A stretch of DNA of 64,000 nucleotides from Antedon mediterranea. Lineage: Eukaryota > Animalia > Echinodermata. The notes below the pieces were generated by a model. That model had not been told where the DNA came from, did not search any database, and saw only the letters and a program-made list of their open reading frames with translations. Positions 11,793 to 27,200 of this stretch are shown piece after piece (the stretch's first letter is position 1; every line of letters begins with the position of its first letter). The DNA is taken from contig NC_092673.1 in NCBI RefSeq assembly GCF_964355755.1, positions 2,790,001 through 2,854,000 of the forward strand, read 5' to 3'. The translations under genes were made by a program, and so were the position numbers.

Positions 11793-13564
11793 TAATCTAT
11801 GCGGTAGGGCCTCTGTATCGTCCGTCATGCTAACATGTTTTAAATGTTCAATTTTATTGCTAAAGACTGCCATCTGTGAAAAGCGATGTTTTGTTGCAAA
11901 GAAACTGACGATTTATGTGTTTTTAAATGGAAAGTTTAACAATAGTTTAACTGATTTTTAAAAAACTTGTTTCTGCTCTGGAAAGAAAATAAATTTTAAA
12001 TAATTATACAAAATATATCAATAAATGTAAATTGACTACTAAGCTAGGCTACTATATTAGCCTACTAGGCCTAGACTAGAGGATGTATTATTAGTAACAT
12101 GTAGGCGCCCTACTTGATCACTTTTTATCATAAAACCCTGCGGGGCGTAGATTTAGTATGACCGGACAGTTAGGCCTCTCCACGCCTATTATTATCATTA
12201 TCAAGAGGTCAGTCAGGACGGTAGGGTAGGCCGACTGACTGCACATTTAACGAAGAGTTCGGAGAGGACAGGCCTAGCAAGTTATTAAAAATAGGCCTAC
12301 TAAACCTATCCTAGGCCTTGATATAGCCTATAATAATGCTCAATAACTTATTTAATAATAAACTAGTAGACATAAATATTTAAAATATTAATAAAACCAT
12401 TTGTTTACCTATTATTTTAAACTACTTATAATTATTTATTTTTTTGCAATGTGTCGAAGAAATCTCCATGATGCATAGCCTGCAAAGTACAGGCGTGTTG
12501 AAACAAACGGGGCCGTACCCCAGTATCCAATAGTTATTTAAACTGACGGAGGCTAATCATCACTTCTTCTTCTTTTAGAAACATAGCGATAGAGCAAATC
12601 ACGAATGAATCTAAGGAAGAACTATTAAGTCACTGCTTTATTTCCCATCATTTATCAGTAGGCCTATTAAACTATTATAGATTTTTAGACTCCGACTGAT
12701 TAAAACATTTCTTAGAAAAACAATCTTCGTTTTAATATCGAAAACGCTATATCCAAATGATCGTGCTCCAATTATTTTCACATTAATACTATAAAGGTCG
12801 GTTTTATATTTCGCACTAACCATCCTCTTGGTAATGCACGTGTGTCCTACATACCCTAGGACCTAAATGAGGTTTACATATGAGACTTATGTATTTTATT
12901 TATTTTTTGAAATTAAATTAATTCAAGACAATTTTCCCGTCTGTGTAATTCGGTTCGAAATGAAATTAATGCTTATAGACCACTTATAATAATTTATTTG
13001 ATTATGATTGTAGGCCATTACATTAAATAACTTAAACATTCAAATTTACCAATCAATCAATAATTATCAATCAATACCATATCCAATAACATTATTTTTG
13101 CCATATCAAAAGAAATTAATATAAATAATTAATATCATCCTCATATTAAAATATTATTTTAGGCCTATTAATTATCATTGTCAATGGATATTACCGTAAA
13201 CAGGCCAAAGAGTTATTATGACATGTTTATTTTAAGCCAATTTTAATCACTAGAACTAAAGTAATATTAGAAAAGATGTAGTGTGTAATTTAAACGGTTT
13301 AAACAAACATTATGAAAAAAAAAACAATCGATTCTAATCATAGTGTATAATAATAGATGGCGTAGAAAGCATCGTACATCGAATGAATTGTAATATCCGA
13401 TCCACTAGCAGCATCTAACGTTCAACTAACAAGTGTAATCATCGCAGACACGGTTATACCGGTACCTTATCAGGTGGTTAATAATTAAACGGTAGGAGGA
13501 GGAGGAGGAGCAGGAGCTGCAACAGGTAAATAGCGGGTTTATTAATGTGGCCTACATAAAGAAA

Positions 13565-13672
13565 CCATCGTAAAAGGGAGAAATATCGTAGGAAGGTGAA
13601 ATATCGTAGAAAGAAGAGATATCGTAGGAAGAAGAAATATCGTAGAAAGAAGAAATAATATCGTAGAAAGAA
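13565..13672. repeat. Purine-rich ~18 bp tandem repeat (aaatatcgtaggaagaag)
   Basis: About 6 degenerate units. Confidence 0.8.
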
Positions 13673-16600
13673 AGACATCAGATGATAATACTTATTAAAG
13701 AAATCGTCATGTAAGTACTGTTTGTTTCAGCTTATTACTGGTAAATAAACCTCTCAAACTATAAAAAAAATTAAGTGTTGTAATATTAGGCTCAGATAGG
13801 TTATCGTTGTAATTAAATATAATTAAGTTTTCAAATTTTATAATGACTATTACACATTTTCCCGCATGTCTCTCATTTGAATCCTGAATCTTAATTATCT
13901 CATGCAATGCATGCAGTATAATTAAAATCATTATTATTGTTATAATTTACTGAGAGAATGATTCGTCTTCATTTATCGGTGTCAATTATCTTGTCTCTGT
14001 TCTCAAGACCTGATTAAGAAACTAATTATCTTGATTCAGTTCAATAACACGGACTAATCAACCAACCCGGTTCTTAATTTCGTCGCGTTTGAGTAATTAA
14101 ATAATTATTTTACACTCTTGTTTAACCATGCAATAATATTTTAAAACGATTTCCAGGAATGCATTCCAAAAAACATATTTTAATATATTATTTTGAATGC
14201 ATTACTGGATTAAAATCATGTAAAGACATTCTGAACTAAATTAAGTTTATTTCAGATATGTTTTGTGGTAAATTTTTAAGAGATTTATATAAAAAAAAAA
14301 TGAAGTGTGAGGGAAGAACGAGACACATTCACTAGGCCTAATAGTTTTAAGCCATATCTACACAATCAAAATCGTGATGTGCCCAAATATGGTAGTGATA
14401 TACCCAAATATGGTAGTGGTATGACATTATGTGCACATCACATTTTTTTGTCACATAAAGTTTGATAGTGTAGACATGATAGCTTTACACTCATGTTTGT
14501 CCTGAAGTAACATAATTACCATACTTATTACATACATATTTAGTTAATGTACCAGGCCAACAGACTTTAACGATCTCTTATATTATACAACTAAAATCTA
14601 AAACTAAAACAAAATTAAGCAATTTTAATACAAATAAAAGTATACATGAAATCGTTATTGAACTTTTTAAATAATTTTTTGATATTTGTTCCAATAGTTT
14701 AGGGAAGGAAACAAATCATCAGAATTACGATTTCCTTTCGAATTAGGAGTAAGAAATGATTTTGTAAACAATGGAATGTGACAGCATGAATACGTTTTCA
14801 ATTTAACAAAATGTTATTCATTAATTTTAAAATTCACATACTGGTTTTAAAAAAATCGTAAAGACATTTTAAATTTATTAAAATGATAAAACTGAAATTC
14901 CTTATATTTTTCCATACTAATCAATAAGTTGAATTTAAATCCATCGCCACGGCTACTAGATGACGATGCCTTTAAATTCAATAAACCAATTTATTTTGAT
15001 TACTGAAGTACTTTAGTTATAAATTTTATTTTGAATTTTGATGAGGCCGAAACACTTTTGTCTAACTGTATTGTTCCGTTGTTTGTAAGTGTTTTGACGG
15101 TCCGGTCAAGTGTTATAAGAATGCTTATTATATGAAATAATCAGCCTAAATCCATTCAGGGGCCTGTAACAGGTGGAGACTCATGATGGGACAATTTTAA
15201 CTCCTTTCAAATAAAAACACTTAAAAATTATACCTACACTGAACCAAATAATAATGATAAACATATCATAACTGTACAATTAATATATAAAATATTCTGT
15301 ATACGCTAGCCTAAATGTTTAATATTACAAAGTTCAAATCACTGCACAACGTAACATTGGATAATAACTGTACGTTTATTAAAGGATTGTTTTGAGTTCA
15401 ATTACAGAAAAACCAATATGAATTGACTGTTTTTGGACAATTGTTGTTCAAATTCACGATGCCTTCTTCAAAGGTATGTTATCGAATGCTGATTAAACTA
15501 TGCGAAAGGTCGTCATTTATTAGAAATAATATTCTGTATTTGCGGTCGTGGTTGGAAATTGAAGGAGGTTTGGGAAAGGATATTAAAAGAAAGAATGCAA
15601 AAATAATATTAAATCACGCATTGCCAACGTAGGTAGATCACAACAACAAGCTCCATGACGTATAACGCTGCAACATGAAATCACGCCTCTAGCGTAAATC
15701 CCGTTACGTATACGTACATCTTTGTAATAACATAATAATTAATTTGCAAAATATAATAGTTTTGTTTTTTAATTTTGTTGAATCTATAACATAGTCTTGG
15801 TTAAGCTTCAACTTCTATGTTGCCTTCAGTTGAAAGACAAAATTGCTCGTCAATAGAGAGAAAACTGATTCAAATTATTAATTTTAATATCTCAATATCC
15901 AAAAATATGATATTCGTTTATTAACATATTGATTCTCTCTTTAAAATAATAATAATAACAAAAATAATAATAATAAAATAAAACGTAACACTAATTGTAT
16001 AATACCGAAGTTTGAAGGATTTAAAACAAATCAGAATTTTATGAAACGTGATTTCAATTGTCTCAATTCTTCTTCAACAACATTGTTTTTGAATAAGCTT
16101 TTTATTAGAAGCAATTCAGTGCCTTGATGCTTAACTCGTGTTGAGAATTACAAAGCTTTACAACGCTTATAAATTATTAAATTGTATTTTTCGTGTTTTC
16201 AATTCATGTCTTGACAATGATTTCTGTTCTTCTGATATTGTCAAGAATATTATAGTTATCTTTGAATAACTGGAGCACTAATATATTTTATTGTTAAAGA
16301 ACAGAAGCGGTACCCTCGGGATGGCATTGGTAGGGGTGGATAAACATTAATTTGAACCCGGGTAATTGGATGATGGGTAGAGTAAGAGCTAAATTTGATG
16401 GGTAGGAACCCAGGAACCTACTAGGGTAAAACCAGGGAGATGCTCGCTTGGTAAAACTGAGCCTATAATATAACAGGCACTCTCGTATAATAAACCACTA
16501 GCAAAATGTAATATTAGTTATAGGCTAGTCTGGAAGATTAAATCTCCAATCGGTAAAAGTTAAACCTCTATAAAATCTGCGCCCATTATCCAGGCGTCAT

Positions 16601-17270
16601 AGACGCCAATTTTGAAGTCTCGCAAAAGTCATTTTTTTTCTCTTAATGACTAGTGCATGTTGAGCATTATAGAAAATATACGGTAAATTAGTGTTTGTCT
16701 TTCCAAACGCAAGACATGACGTCAATGCACTTCCGTTTAATTTGGGTGAAAATAATGTTCTAGGCCTACTCCTCAGACTCACAATTATGGAAAACACAAT
16801 GAAATGTTATCATCGCATAATAAATTGTGTTTAGAATGTTTGTTTTATAAAAAAGGAAACATAACTAAGGTCCGCTAACACAGATACAATTAGACTTTTA
16901 AGTTAATAAGGAATGTTGTCTCTTCGGACCATTTACGCCTGTTTTAAATGTATAGGCCTTATACAACAACACACATTTTACTCAACTTATTCCATAAGAA
17001 CACGACTTATTTCTAGGCCTTATGGCTGTATACTTTTGTATGTGTTTTAGAGGGCCTTATAATATTGAACATGAATACAGCAATGTAGTGTTTAATTATA
17101 CTCATCGAGTCTTGTTCATCAAGTGTGGAGGTTGAAAGACTAAACAAATTTAACAGAAGAATATACAGAAGATTTTTTAATTAAGTCTTTTAAATTTAAA
17201 GTGAGCCGAAATTGCTTACTTCATGATCACGTGGGAGTGTTTCTGACAGCTTAGACACATTGTATTGTTA

Positions 17271-17451
17271 AAGCGTGGTTCCCACTAGCGACGGAACGCA
17301 AGGACGTAACGCAACACAAATGAATTGACCAATCACAAGCGATGACTTATTCGCTTGTGATTGCTAACTGTCTATAACTTAGCTTGCCATTGGTTAAAAC
17401 GCTTGCGTTGCGTTTACGTCCTTGCGTTACGTTCTAGTGGGAACCAAGCTT
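17271..17451. mobile_element. MITE family with TIR AGC(T/G)TGGTTCCCACTAG, copy 1
   Basis: Self-complementary ends. A reverse-complement copy lies at 18411-18590, with related copies at about 18765-18912 and 30440-30643. Confidence 0.85.
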
Positions 17452-18248
17452 AACTCACAATTTTCCAAGAAACAGTTGATTCTGGCAGTTGTGTTATAGA
17501 TCAAAATCGATCGACTGCACATCATTGGTTAAAAATCATAAGTACGTTGTAGAAGGGGAATCTACGATGTGTGTTTTCATTTCATTCATAATCTATGGTT
17601 TCTGGTAGGAACAAGATTACCACACAATTAAAGGTTATCTTTCAAATTTATATTCGTAACGGTAAGTTACATTATGTTTTATACATTGGTGGTAAAGAAA
17701 AATTATATTCGTAAATATTTATTATATTTCTTGTTTTTTTGGTAAAAATTAATTATACTCGTAAGTTTAATTTATGTTTCATATTTTGTTGGCTGAAAGA
17801 ATTTAAGTTAGGTTTACTATTTGTAAATGTTGGTTAATAAAAAAATAATCTCCATTTTACTTATTTCTTCTTACTCATATTTACAGTAAAAAGTACTAAA
17901 GCACGTTTCCAGCGATTTTTTAAAAACAAAATTATGATAATTTTAATTTATTTTACATTTATTTTTAATTGTTAGCAAATTTTAATAAAAGCTATTTTTT
18001 TATGGAATTTGCGAATTGTAAATTATGAAAGTGAATAAATTAAATATTATTATAGATTTGAGTATATGGATATAAAAGTACATTAGTTTCTAACCTTTTG
18101 TCATGTATTTTGTCATATATTTTCTTTCTTCGATTATCGGTCCGTTTATCGGATTGAAAAGATTAATAAGTAAACGTATTTTCATTCCTTTCCCTTACAG
18201 CACTTCATCCGATATTATACGATTATAAGTTGAAATTACCAGGGCGTG

Positions 18249-21200
18249 ATGACCGAAAGCAACCATGTTTTTAGGATTACGGAAAAAGTTTATCGTATGC
18301 GACAGTCGAAAAATTTCTTATTGTTTATCGTGTTTATGGCTCTTCTACTCGACAACATACTTGTGACAGTCGTAGGTAATGTATACATTAATTTTATTCT
18401 TTAACCTTTAAAGCTTGGTTCCCACTAGAACGTAACGCAAGGACGTAAACGCAACGCAAGCGTTTTAACCAATGACAAGCGAAGTTATAGACAGTTAGCA
18501 ATCACAAGCGAATAAGCCATCGCTTGTGATTGGTCAATTCACTTGCGTTGCATTACGTCCTTGTGTTGCGTCGCTAGTGGGAACCACGCTAAAGAAACGT
18601 GACTTCCTCAAATGGGATTTTAATTATTTTAGTGTAATTCTATCAGTGGACAATGAAGTCGATGGGGCTAATGGTTGGATGATGCCTCGGTTGACTATAA
18701 TTAATTCAATTTAATTAATTGATGTAAACTAAAATACAACTTAGTAGTGTAATTCCCATATACCTTGGTTCCTCCTACTAAGACGCAACGCAAGTACGTA
18801 AGCCGCAACCCGATCAAATCATTCCAAATGCTGCTTGTGATTGGTCAATTCGCTTGTGTTGTTGCGGGCGCGGGTTACGTCCTTGCGTTGCATCCTAGTG
18901 ACGTGGGAACGTAAGTTTTGTAGTTGAATAGTCTCATCATATTGACAGAGTACGTTTACAGATATAAAAGAAGACCAAAAGAACTTCATTTTGCATGATT
19001 TACTAATTAAACTAAACTAATTATTCTCATTGATATTCACGTGACGTCACACAGTGTCACACACTCTTGAGAGATCTTTAAGTATGTTTTTCACACGTAT
19101 TTTATTAGTACATGTTGTAGATTTATTAGACACAACCAGCACACATCGTAAAGGCAAGAATGACACATTTCAATCAATTTAGTCAGAAAATAGACTTAAT
19201 TATTTTCTTTAGGACTAGCAGAACAAAAAAAACCTATAGGGCCTATGCCTATTTGTCATGTTACTACAATAACAATATAACAGATAATACCTGGCCTGAA
19301 ATGGCTGGTTTCGTTGCTAATCTCTTTCAATCATTTTTTATAATTAAAATCAGATAAGGCCTACAGTTATCAAATTACAAATAATGTGATAGCTTTGAAA
19401 ATTAACGTACAGTTAAAATATTTATTTTGATTGTAGGCCTAAGTATTTATTTTTTCAATATTGCATGTTATATAAGGTAATGTATTTCAAAATTAAAATA
19501 TCTTTTATTTTGATCGTAATTATTATTTTTTTTTAAATTGCATTTTATACAGTGCCTATAATTCCGGATTTCTTATATGAGCAGCAAGCGGAAGATAGAG
19601 AAAAGGCATTGCAGGCGACAGAATCAGGCGAAGTATATGAAGAATTGTATGGAAATTATAGTTATTCTGCCAATTATACTCCCATCGAACCCACAGTACC
19701 TGAAATACCTGTCGAAGATACTGTTAGACAAGAAAGTGTGTACATAGGAATACTGTTTGCTTCTAAAGCTATTGCTCAGCTTATTACGAATCCGTTTGTT
19801 GGACCACTCACAAATAGGTGTGTACCATGCTGGACTGTATCTAGGCAAAATCCGTAAAACAGCATTTTATATGACACCTGTATCATAGGCCATAACCTAT
19901 ATCTTCCATGATACATCCATCACATGTGATACACAGGAGTTGCTGTATTACGGGATTTGCCTAAGATACTGGACCGTATTGCCATGTGGAGATAATCGGG
20001 TAGTCATTGAGAAATAACTCCGTGACCAATAGTTATAGGAGACAAATAGGGCTAATACAAATCAATGCTTAGCATGTTTAAATTAAACACGTCAAATTGC
20101 ACTGATTTTTTAAAAATTATAACCAAATACATTAAAAAATATTTTCCACGAAAAAGTACTAATGAATGACCGTTCAATAGTGCGTACTATTGCACGCCAT
20201 GTGACCCACAATCGTCCAATAAAATGACAGGAATTTATTTAGGTGTTATATAATACAAATCATTGCTTAGCATGTATAATTTAAATACGTCATATTGCAC
20301 TGATTCTTGATAATAACAAAATAGACCAAAACTGTTCTCTATATAAAATATTCAAGATACGTATCGTCGTTGATGATCAAAATTAAAATTTTAATTGTAT
20401 ACCGATTGAAATCGACAAAAATTGGATAGTGAAGATGCAGTTCATTTTTTCTCGGGGACGTTTTTGACATTTCTATTATTCATTTTAAATTTTAATATCG
20501 TAATTTAAAATTAATAATTATACGTATAATTATACGATGTAAAGTCAGATATCTGCTTGCCACGAAATATGATAAACGGTTATTAATGTTGATGTGAAAA
20601 GCCTCTAGGATATACCAGTGACAGGTCAGTATCCTCCTTTATAACACAAAAAACAACTCAAATTAAAATGTTAAAGAAAAATCTAATCTAACGATGTAAA
20701 TTTATAAGTATTTGCATTAGTTATACCATAGAGTCAAGTCGTGTTTGAAATAATAATTAGGGTTACTCATTTAGCTTCGATATTGAACGTTCGGGTCTTG
20801 CCGAGTCAATTAAATTAGCGATTTTTTTGTTTTTACGACGCCACAATACATTTCGCTACAATTGAGTTGAAAAGTCACCTGTACTATTATCTCAAACCTT
20901 ATCTGAAGCTTTTTATTTATTTATTAGTCAACAAAATAAAATGAATATTACTGGTAACAGGTTGTTAAGCATCAATTTGATCAATTATTATACTGTTATA
21001 TATTTCAACTAAACTCAATACTATCCTCAAAGAGACGTGTCTACCAATTGTCATAACATAAATAAAAAAGTATATATTATAGGCTTAAATAGATTATTAT
21101 ATATATAAATATATTAAATTCAAAGGCAAATTTCTGAAAAAATGATAATGCTGTGGGTATCAGTGGCTGGATCTCATTGGAGATACAAAATAAGCACTGA

Positions 21201-24200
21201 CAAATGACAATGCTGTGGGTATCAGTGGCTGGATCTCAATGGAGATACAAAATAAGCACTGACAAATGACAATGCTGTGGGTATCAGTGGTTGGATCTCA
21301 ATGGAGATACAAAAAAAATAGGGAAAAGCTAACTACATCAAAACGATAAAGTAAAACAGCAGAGCTTTCGGCCAACACTAGCTCTTCATCAGTATATTAA
21401 TAAATATATTAATATATAAATATTATTTTTTTTGCAATAGAAATAAATATCTGCTTTTATTCTTACAGGATTGGATATCATATACCAATGTTTACTGGTC
21501 TTATTATTATGTTTATTTCAACACTTGGTAAGTGCTTCACAATTCAGGTGAAAGTTTATTACTTTCATCATATCTTCCGAGAATTACAAAAATAATTAAT
21601 AGATGTAACATTTTTGTGCCAAATAACTTGTTATTGGGGACTACAGTACTAGAATATTAATTTCACCTATCATGCCTTAAACATTAAAAATGATTACATT
21701 TCAGTTTACCGTTTAATTTTTATTTATAAAGAAATTCATTTCAACTCTGTATATTATTGAGGTCAAATTACGATAAATTGTACTTCAGATTAAACGGTAA
21801 TAGGGGAAATTACGATGTTGCAATTTGTCATCCCGAAGAAGCATAATTATAGCAATGTTCATTGTGTTTTTTCTTATCTTTAGTATTTGCATTTGGTGAG
21901 AGTTATGGCGTCTTACTCACGGCTAGGATGGTGCAAGGAATTGGCTCCTCGGCTTCAACGGTCTCTGGTAAGTAGGCCTACGTGGTCCCACTCCGGGACG
22001 CGATGACGTCGTACGCGCAACTACGTGAATAATTTGACCAATCACGAGCTTCTGAATGCCAATAAAAACACCTAAAATTCACTGCACTCTTTAAATCTGA
22101 TTCTTAGACATTTTATATATACAGTACTCTGCAATTTATATATACAGTACTCTGCGAGTTATATATACAGTAGGCTACTCTGCGAGTTATATATACAGTA
22201 GGCTACTCTGCGAGTTAGGCCTATATATATACAGTATACTCTGCGAGTTATATATACAGTAGGCTACTCTGCGAGTTAGGCCTATATATACAGTATTCTG
22301 CGAGTTATATATACAGTACTATGCGAGTTATATATACAGTAGGCTACTCTGCGAGTTATATATACAGTAGGCCTACTCTGCGAGTTATATATACAGTAGG
22401 CTACTCTGCGAGTTATATATACAGTAGGCCTACTCTGCGAGTTAGGCCTATATATACAGTACTCTGCGAGTTATATATACAGTAGGCCTACTCTGCGAGT
22501 TAGGCCTATATATACAGTACTCTGCGAGTTATTATACAGTACTCTGCGAGTTATTATACAGTACTCTGCGAGTTATTATACAGTACTCTGCGAGTTATTA
22601 TACAGTACTCTGCGAGTTATTATACAGTACTCTGCGAGTTATTATACAGTACTCTGCGAGTTATTATACAGTACTCTGCGAGTTATTATACAGTACTCTG
22701 CGAGTTATTATACAGTACTCTGCGAGTTATATATACAGTAGGCCTACTCTGCGAGTTAGGCCTATATATACAGTACTCTGCGAGTTATATATACAGTAGG
22801 CCTACTCTGCGAGTTAGGCCTATATATACAGTACTCTGCGAGTTATTATACAGTACTCTGCGAGTTATTATACAGTACTCTGTGAGTTATTATACAGTAC
22901 TCTGCGACTTATTATACAGTACTCTGCGAGTTATTATACAGTACTCTGCGAGTTATTATACAGTACTCTGCGAGTTAGGCCTATATATACAGTACTCTGC
23001 GAGTTATATATACAGTACTCTGCGAGTTATATATACAGTACTCTGCGAGTTATTATACAGTACTCTGCGAGTTATTATACAGTACTCTGCGAGTTATTAT
23101 ACAGTACTCTGCGAGTTATTATACAGTACTTTGCGAGTTATATATACAGTAGGCCTACTCTGCGAGTTAGGCCTATATATACAGTACTCTGCGAGTTATA
23201 TATACAGTAGGCCTACTCTGCGAGTTAGGCCTATATATACAGTACTCTGCGAGTTATTATACAGTACTCTGCGAGTTATTATACAGTACTCTGCGAGTTA
23301 TTATACAGTACTCTGCGAGTTATATATACAGTAGGCCTACTCTGCGAGTTAGGCCTATATATACAGTACTCTGCGAGTTATATATACAGTAGGCCTACTC
23401 TGCGAGTTAGGCCTATATATACAGTACTCTGCGAGGTATTATACAGTACTCTGCGAGTTATTATACAGTACTCTGCGAGTTATTATACAGTACTCTGCGA
23501 GTTATATATACAGTAGGCCTACTCTGCGAGTTAGGCCTATATATACAGTACTCTGCGAGTTATTATACAGTACTCTGCGAGTTAGGCCTATATATACAGT
23601 ACTCTGCGAGTTATTATACAGTACTCTGCGAGTTATTATACAGTACTCTGCGAGTTATATATACAGTAGGCCTACTCTGCGAGTTAGGCCTATATATACA
23701 GTACTCTGCGAGTTATATATACAGTAGGCCTACTCTGCGAGTTAGGCCTATATATACAGTACTCTGCGAGTTATTATACAGTACTCTGCGAGTTATTATA
23801 CAGTACTCTGCGAGTTAGGCCTATATATACAGTACTCTGCGAGTTATATATACAGTACTCTGCGAGTTATTATACAGTACTCTGCGAGTTATAGGCTACT
23901 ATTACTTATAGCTTCCAATCATAGACGGTCCTTACACACACATATACAATCAATATATTAATTAGTCAAGAAAAATGTCTAAAATGTTTCAATATTAAAC
24001 TATTTATTTTTTTTATTAAACTATCAATTTTCAACCCGGAGAGAAAACTAAATTCGACTGCAAGTCGTAATGTCTTATTATGACGAAAACAAGAATGATG
24101 ATTATGATGAAACATAACGTAGGCCTACACTTGTATCATAAATATATATGAGTTTGATATCATCTTGTATACCAATATAAAACGTTTATTATAATAGTAA

Positions 24201-27200
24201 ATTCAGGAAGGCATTCGTAATAACTACTTAATATTGTATATCCATATTCTTTGATTAAAATCTACTACTTAATAGTCTGTGGATTTAATTATAGGTTGTA
24301 CCATCGGCAATAATCATGATTTATTTGTGCGTAATATTATAATAATATACTCATACTTCATTTTTCCTGTGTAACAGCCCCTATTCAGGCGAAACTCTCG
24401 TGACAAGAGAAAGGCAATGCTTCAACATTATCAAGCCAATCCAATTCCTATTCAGGGGATAACTCTATTATGGAGACACTTTGTTAGGGCCCGAATTTAT
24501 TTCTATTTTTGCCAAAAAAAATTACGCAAAACTACACTACTAATGTGGATGAAGATAAACAGGAATAAAATAGTACATATGATAAATAATCCATCAGCTA
24601 ATAGTTATATTTATTTTTAATGCCATAGTAATGGCTGGTAATTTAGGTATTCAACATTAATATTTTTAATGCTAGGAATGGGCTTACTTGCTCAGCGGTA
24701 CACGGACCAAGAGGAGAGAGGAGCTGCAATGGGAATTGCATTAGGAGGCCTAGCATTCGGTGTTTTAAGTAAGTTTAGGCTACTAAAAAACGAATTGATA
24801 TATAAATATGGTAGTGGTCATTAGTACTTCTATTTTTCTATTGAATATTCACATTTCAAGCGTGTATGGTTAGGGCTTTTTAATTTCAAACACAGGACTA
24901 TCTACAAGACTACACATTGGTTTGCACTAAGTTTTCGTCTCTTATTGGTAATAGTAAAAACAGTTTCTTTCTTTTATAGTTGGTCCCCCTTTTGGTGGTT
25001 TGATGTACGACTTTGTTGGCAAAGAATCTCCATTTTTGGTGATAGCTGGACTAGCATTACTTAACGGTTGTAAGTAACTTAAAATAACACACAGTTTTTG
25101 CAAACCAAATGACGATGTCAAAATAGGCCTATGTTCTTACGCTCTCATGTCTACACTATTTCAAATGTGATATGCCCATTATGGACATGATGATGTCATA
25201 TCACTTATACCATATTTGGGCATATCACTACCATATTTGAGTGAGAATCCAGAGGTAAAGTCTCCCAAAAATATGGAAGAAATCTACAACACAAAATCGG
25301 ACCCGTGTTTATTATTGCTGTCTTTTTCAATTGTGTTAATATAATCAGTGATGGTTTAACCATGATTATACAGTAAACAGCATTTAACTTAAGCAATCTA
25401 CCTGGTAAACGTGCCGTTTTCAATTACATTCCTAGTTTATATTTGGATGATCAACGATTGCTTTAATATACCAAAACTTGGAGCTTCTGAAACACTACCT
25501 TTAGATTGAACGTGACGGCGCACTTCCTGTCGTCTGCTGTGTGTACACATCGCGCGCAACCATAATTAATTTTTATCTTGAAGACATTTAAATACGAACT
25601 AAGACGTCAGCGTTATGGCAATCAAAGACTAATCATTTTTAGTTTGAACTAATTATTTATCTAGAGATAAATGTATATTATATTTGAAAGAAAACAAGTG
25701 TTGAATACGGTGAGACCGCGCTATACAAAATTTATGACTTTTAGTTGACGTCATAAACCCAATACCTCCCCCACCCCAGGATCCTCCCCTGCAATACCCA
25801 CTCCTTTTTTGGCTGTTTTCTGTTTTCTCACTTGATTCATATTAATTTTATCCACAACATAATTATTATTATTTAGTTTTGCAGCTATCTGTGGTGGATC
25901 CAGTCAGAGAAGATTCAAATTCAGTAATGGAAGGGACGCCGTTACTGCAACTTTTAAAAGATCCATATATCCTCATTGGAGCCCGTAAGTTCGTTACTTT
26001 GCTACTCCGTAGATCAAAGGGTTTATCTGTGGTTGCGACACGATCAGTTCCACGATCAGACACCGCGCGCCGCGAAGTATATGTACAAAACTACTGTTGT
26101 CGCAGCCAGACATAAGATGAAAGGACTGTTACGAATTCGTATCTTGACAAGGCGAGCTCAGTGTCATGTTGTTAGATTGCCTTGAGCACGGCTACTGCAG
26201 TTGCACCCGTTTCCAAAAACACCATTGCTATCATTCAATGCATCAATCTAATCTGATTTATGAACGGTTTTTTTCTTGTCATTTTTGTTTAGTAACAATA
26301 ACGGGTGGAAACATGGCAATGGCGTTATTGGAACCTTCATTACCAATGTGGATGATAGAGACGATGAACCCAGAAAAATGGCAACTTGGTAAAATGCTTA
26401 AACTGTTTCTCATTAAACATTATGATAAACATTATCAGAACACCTAATATAACAATACAATACTATAGGCCTACCATTAGTAAGATCGTCGTTCAAAGTT
26501 GCAGGCGCAAAAATGGAATAACCTACTAACTAAAATTAAACATTCAACAATATTGCTTCATTTAAAGTTACAGAGAGCGATCTAATTTTTGTCACAAAAC
26601 TAAATATTTGTTCCCCTGACAGGACCACAATGCAAAACGTGTTTTCTTTTACCTGATTGTGTAATCCTGTATAAAGATGTAATCTTCTTTATGTGCCGTT
26701 TTGTCGTGTTAATGTTACCAAGAATGGATTTATTTCACGTATTTGTCTTCTTTTTAATAATTGTGTTGTTAAAGATAATTCTATTGATCTCTTTTTTGAC
26801 CGTTATAATTGTTTTTGTAATAAAATTAGTAAAATTGTATAAATTTGTATTGCTAGATTTTAAGATTTATATATATTTTTATATGGTATAGTTTATTCCA
26901 TTCTGTAAGGGGCGGGTTTCCCGCTGTTGAATGAGTTTGAATAAAATAAATAAAATAAAATAAATAAAATTGATAAATAAATAAATAAGTTACATTAAAA
27001 ACATTAATTTTACCTACAAATTCAATCTGTCAATAATGCACCAATAATTAAAATTACCGCTTACAAACAACTAAATAAAACCCCAATTTAATAATAGACA
27101 CATTTATTTAATTAAAAATCGTTCTTTTTGTCAATAGGTATAATATTTTTGCCTGCAAGTATATCGTATTTGATTAGTACAAATATTTTTGGACCATATG

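Noticed and set aside
22882-23334. 150 aa ORF and CRISPR-like appearance of the array
   Set aside because: It is a tandem minisatellite with no unique spacers and no cas genes, inside a eukaryotic intron.
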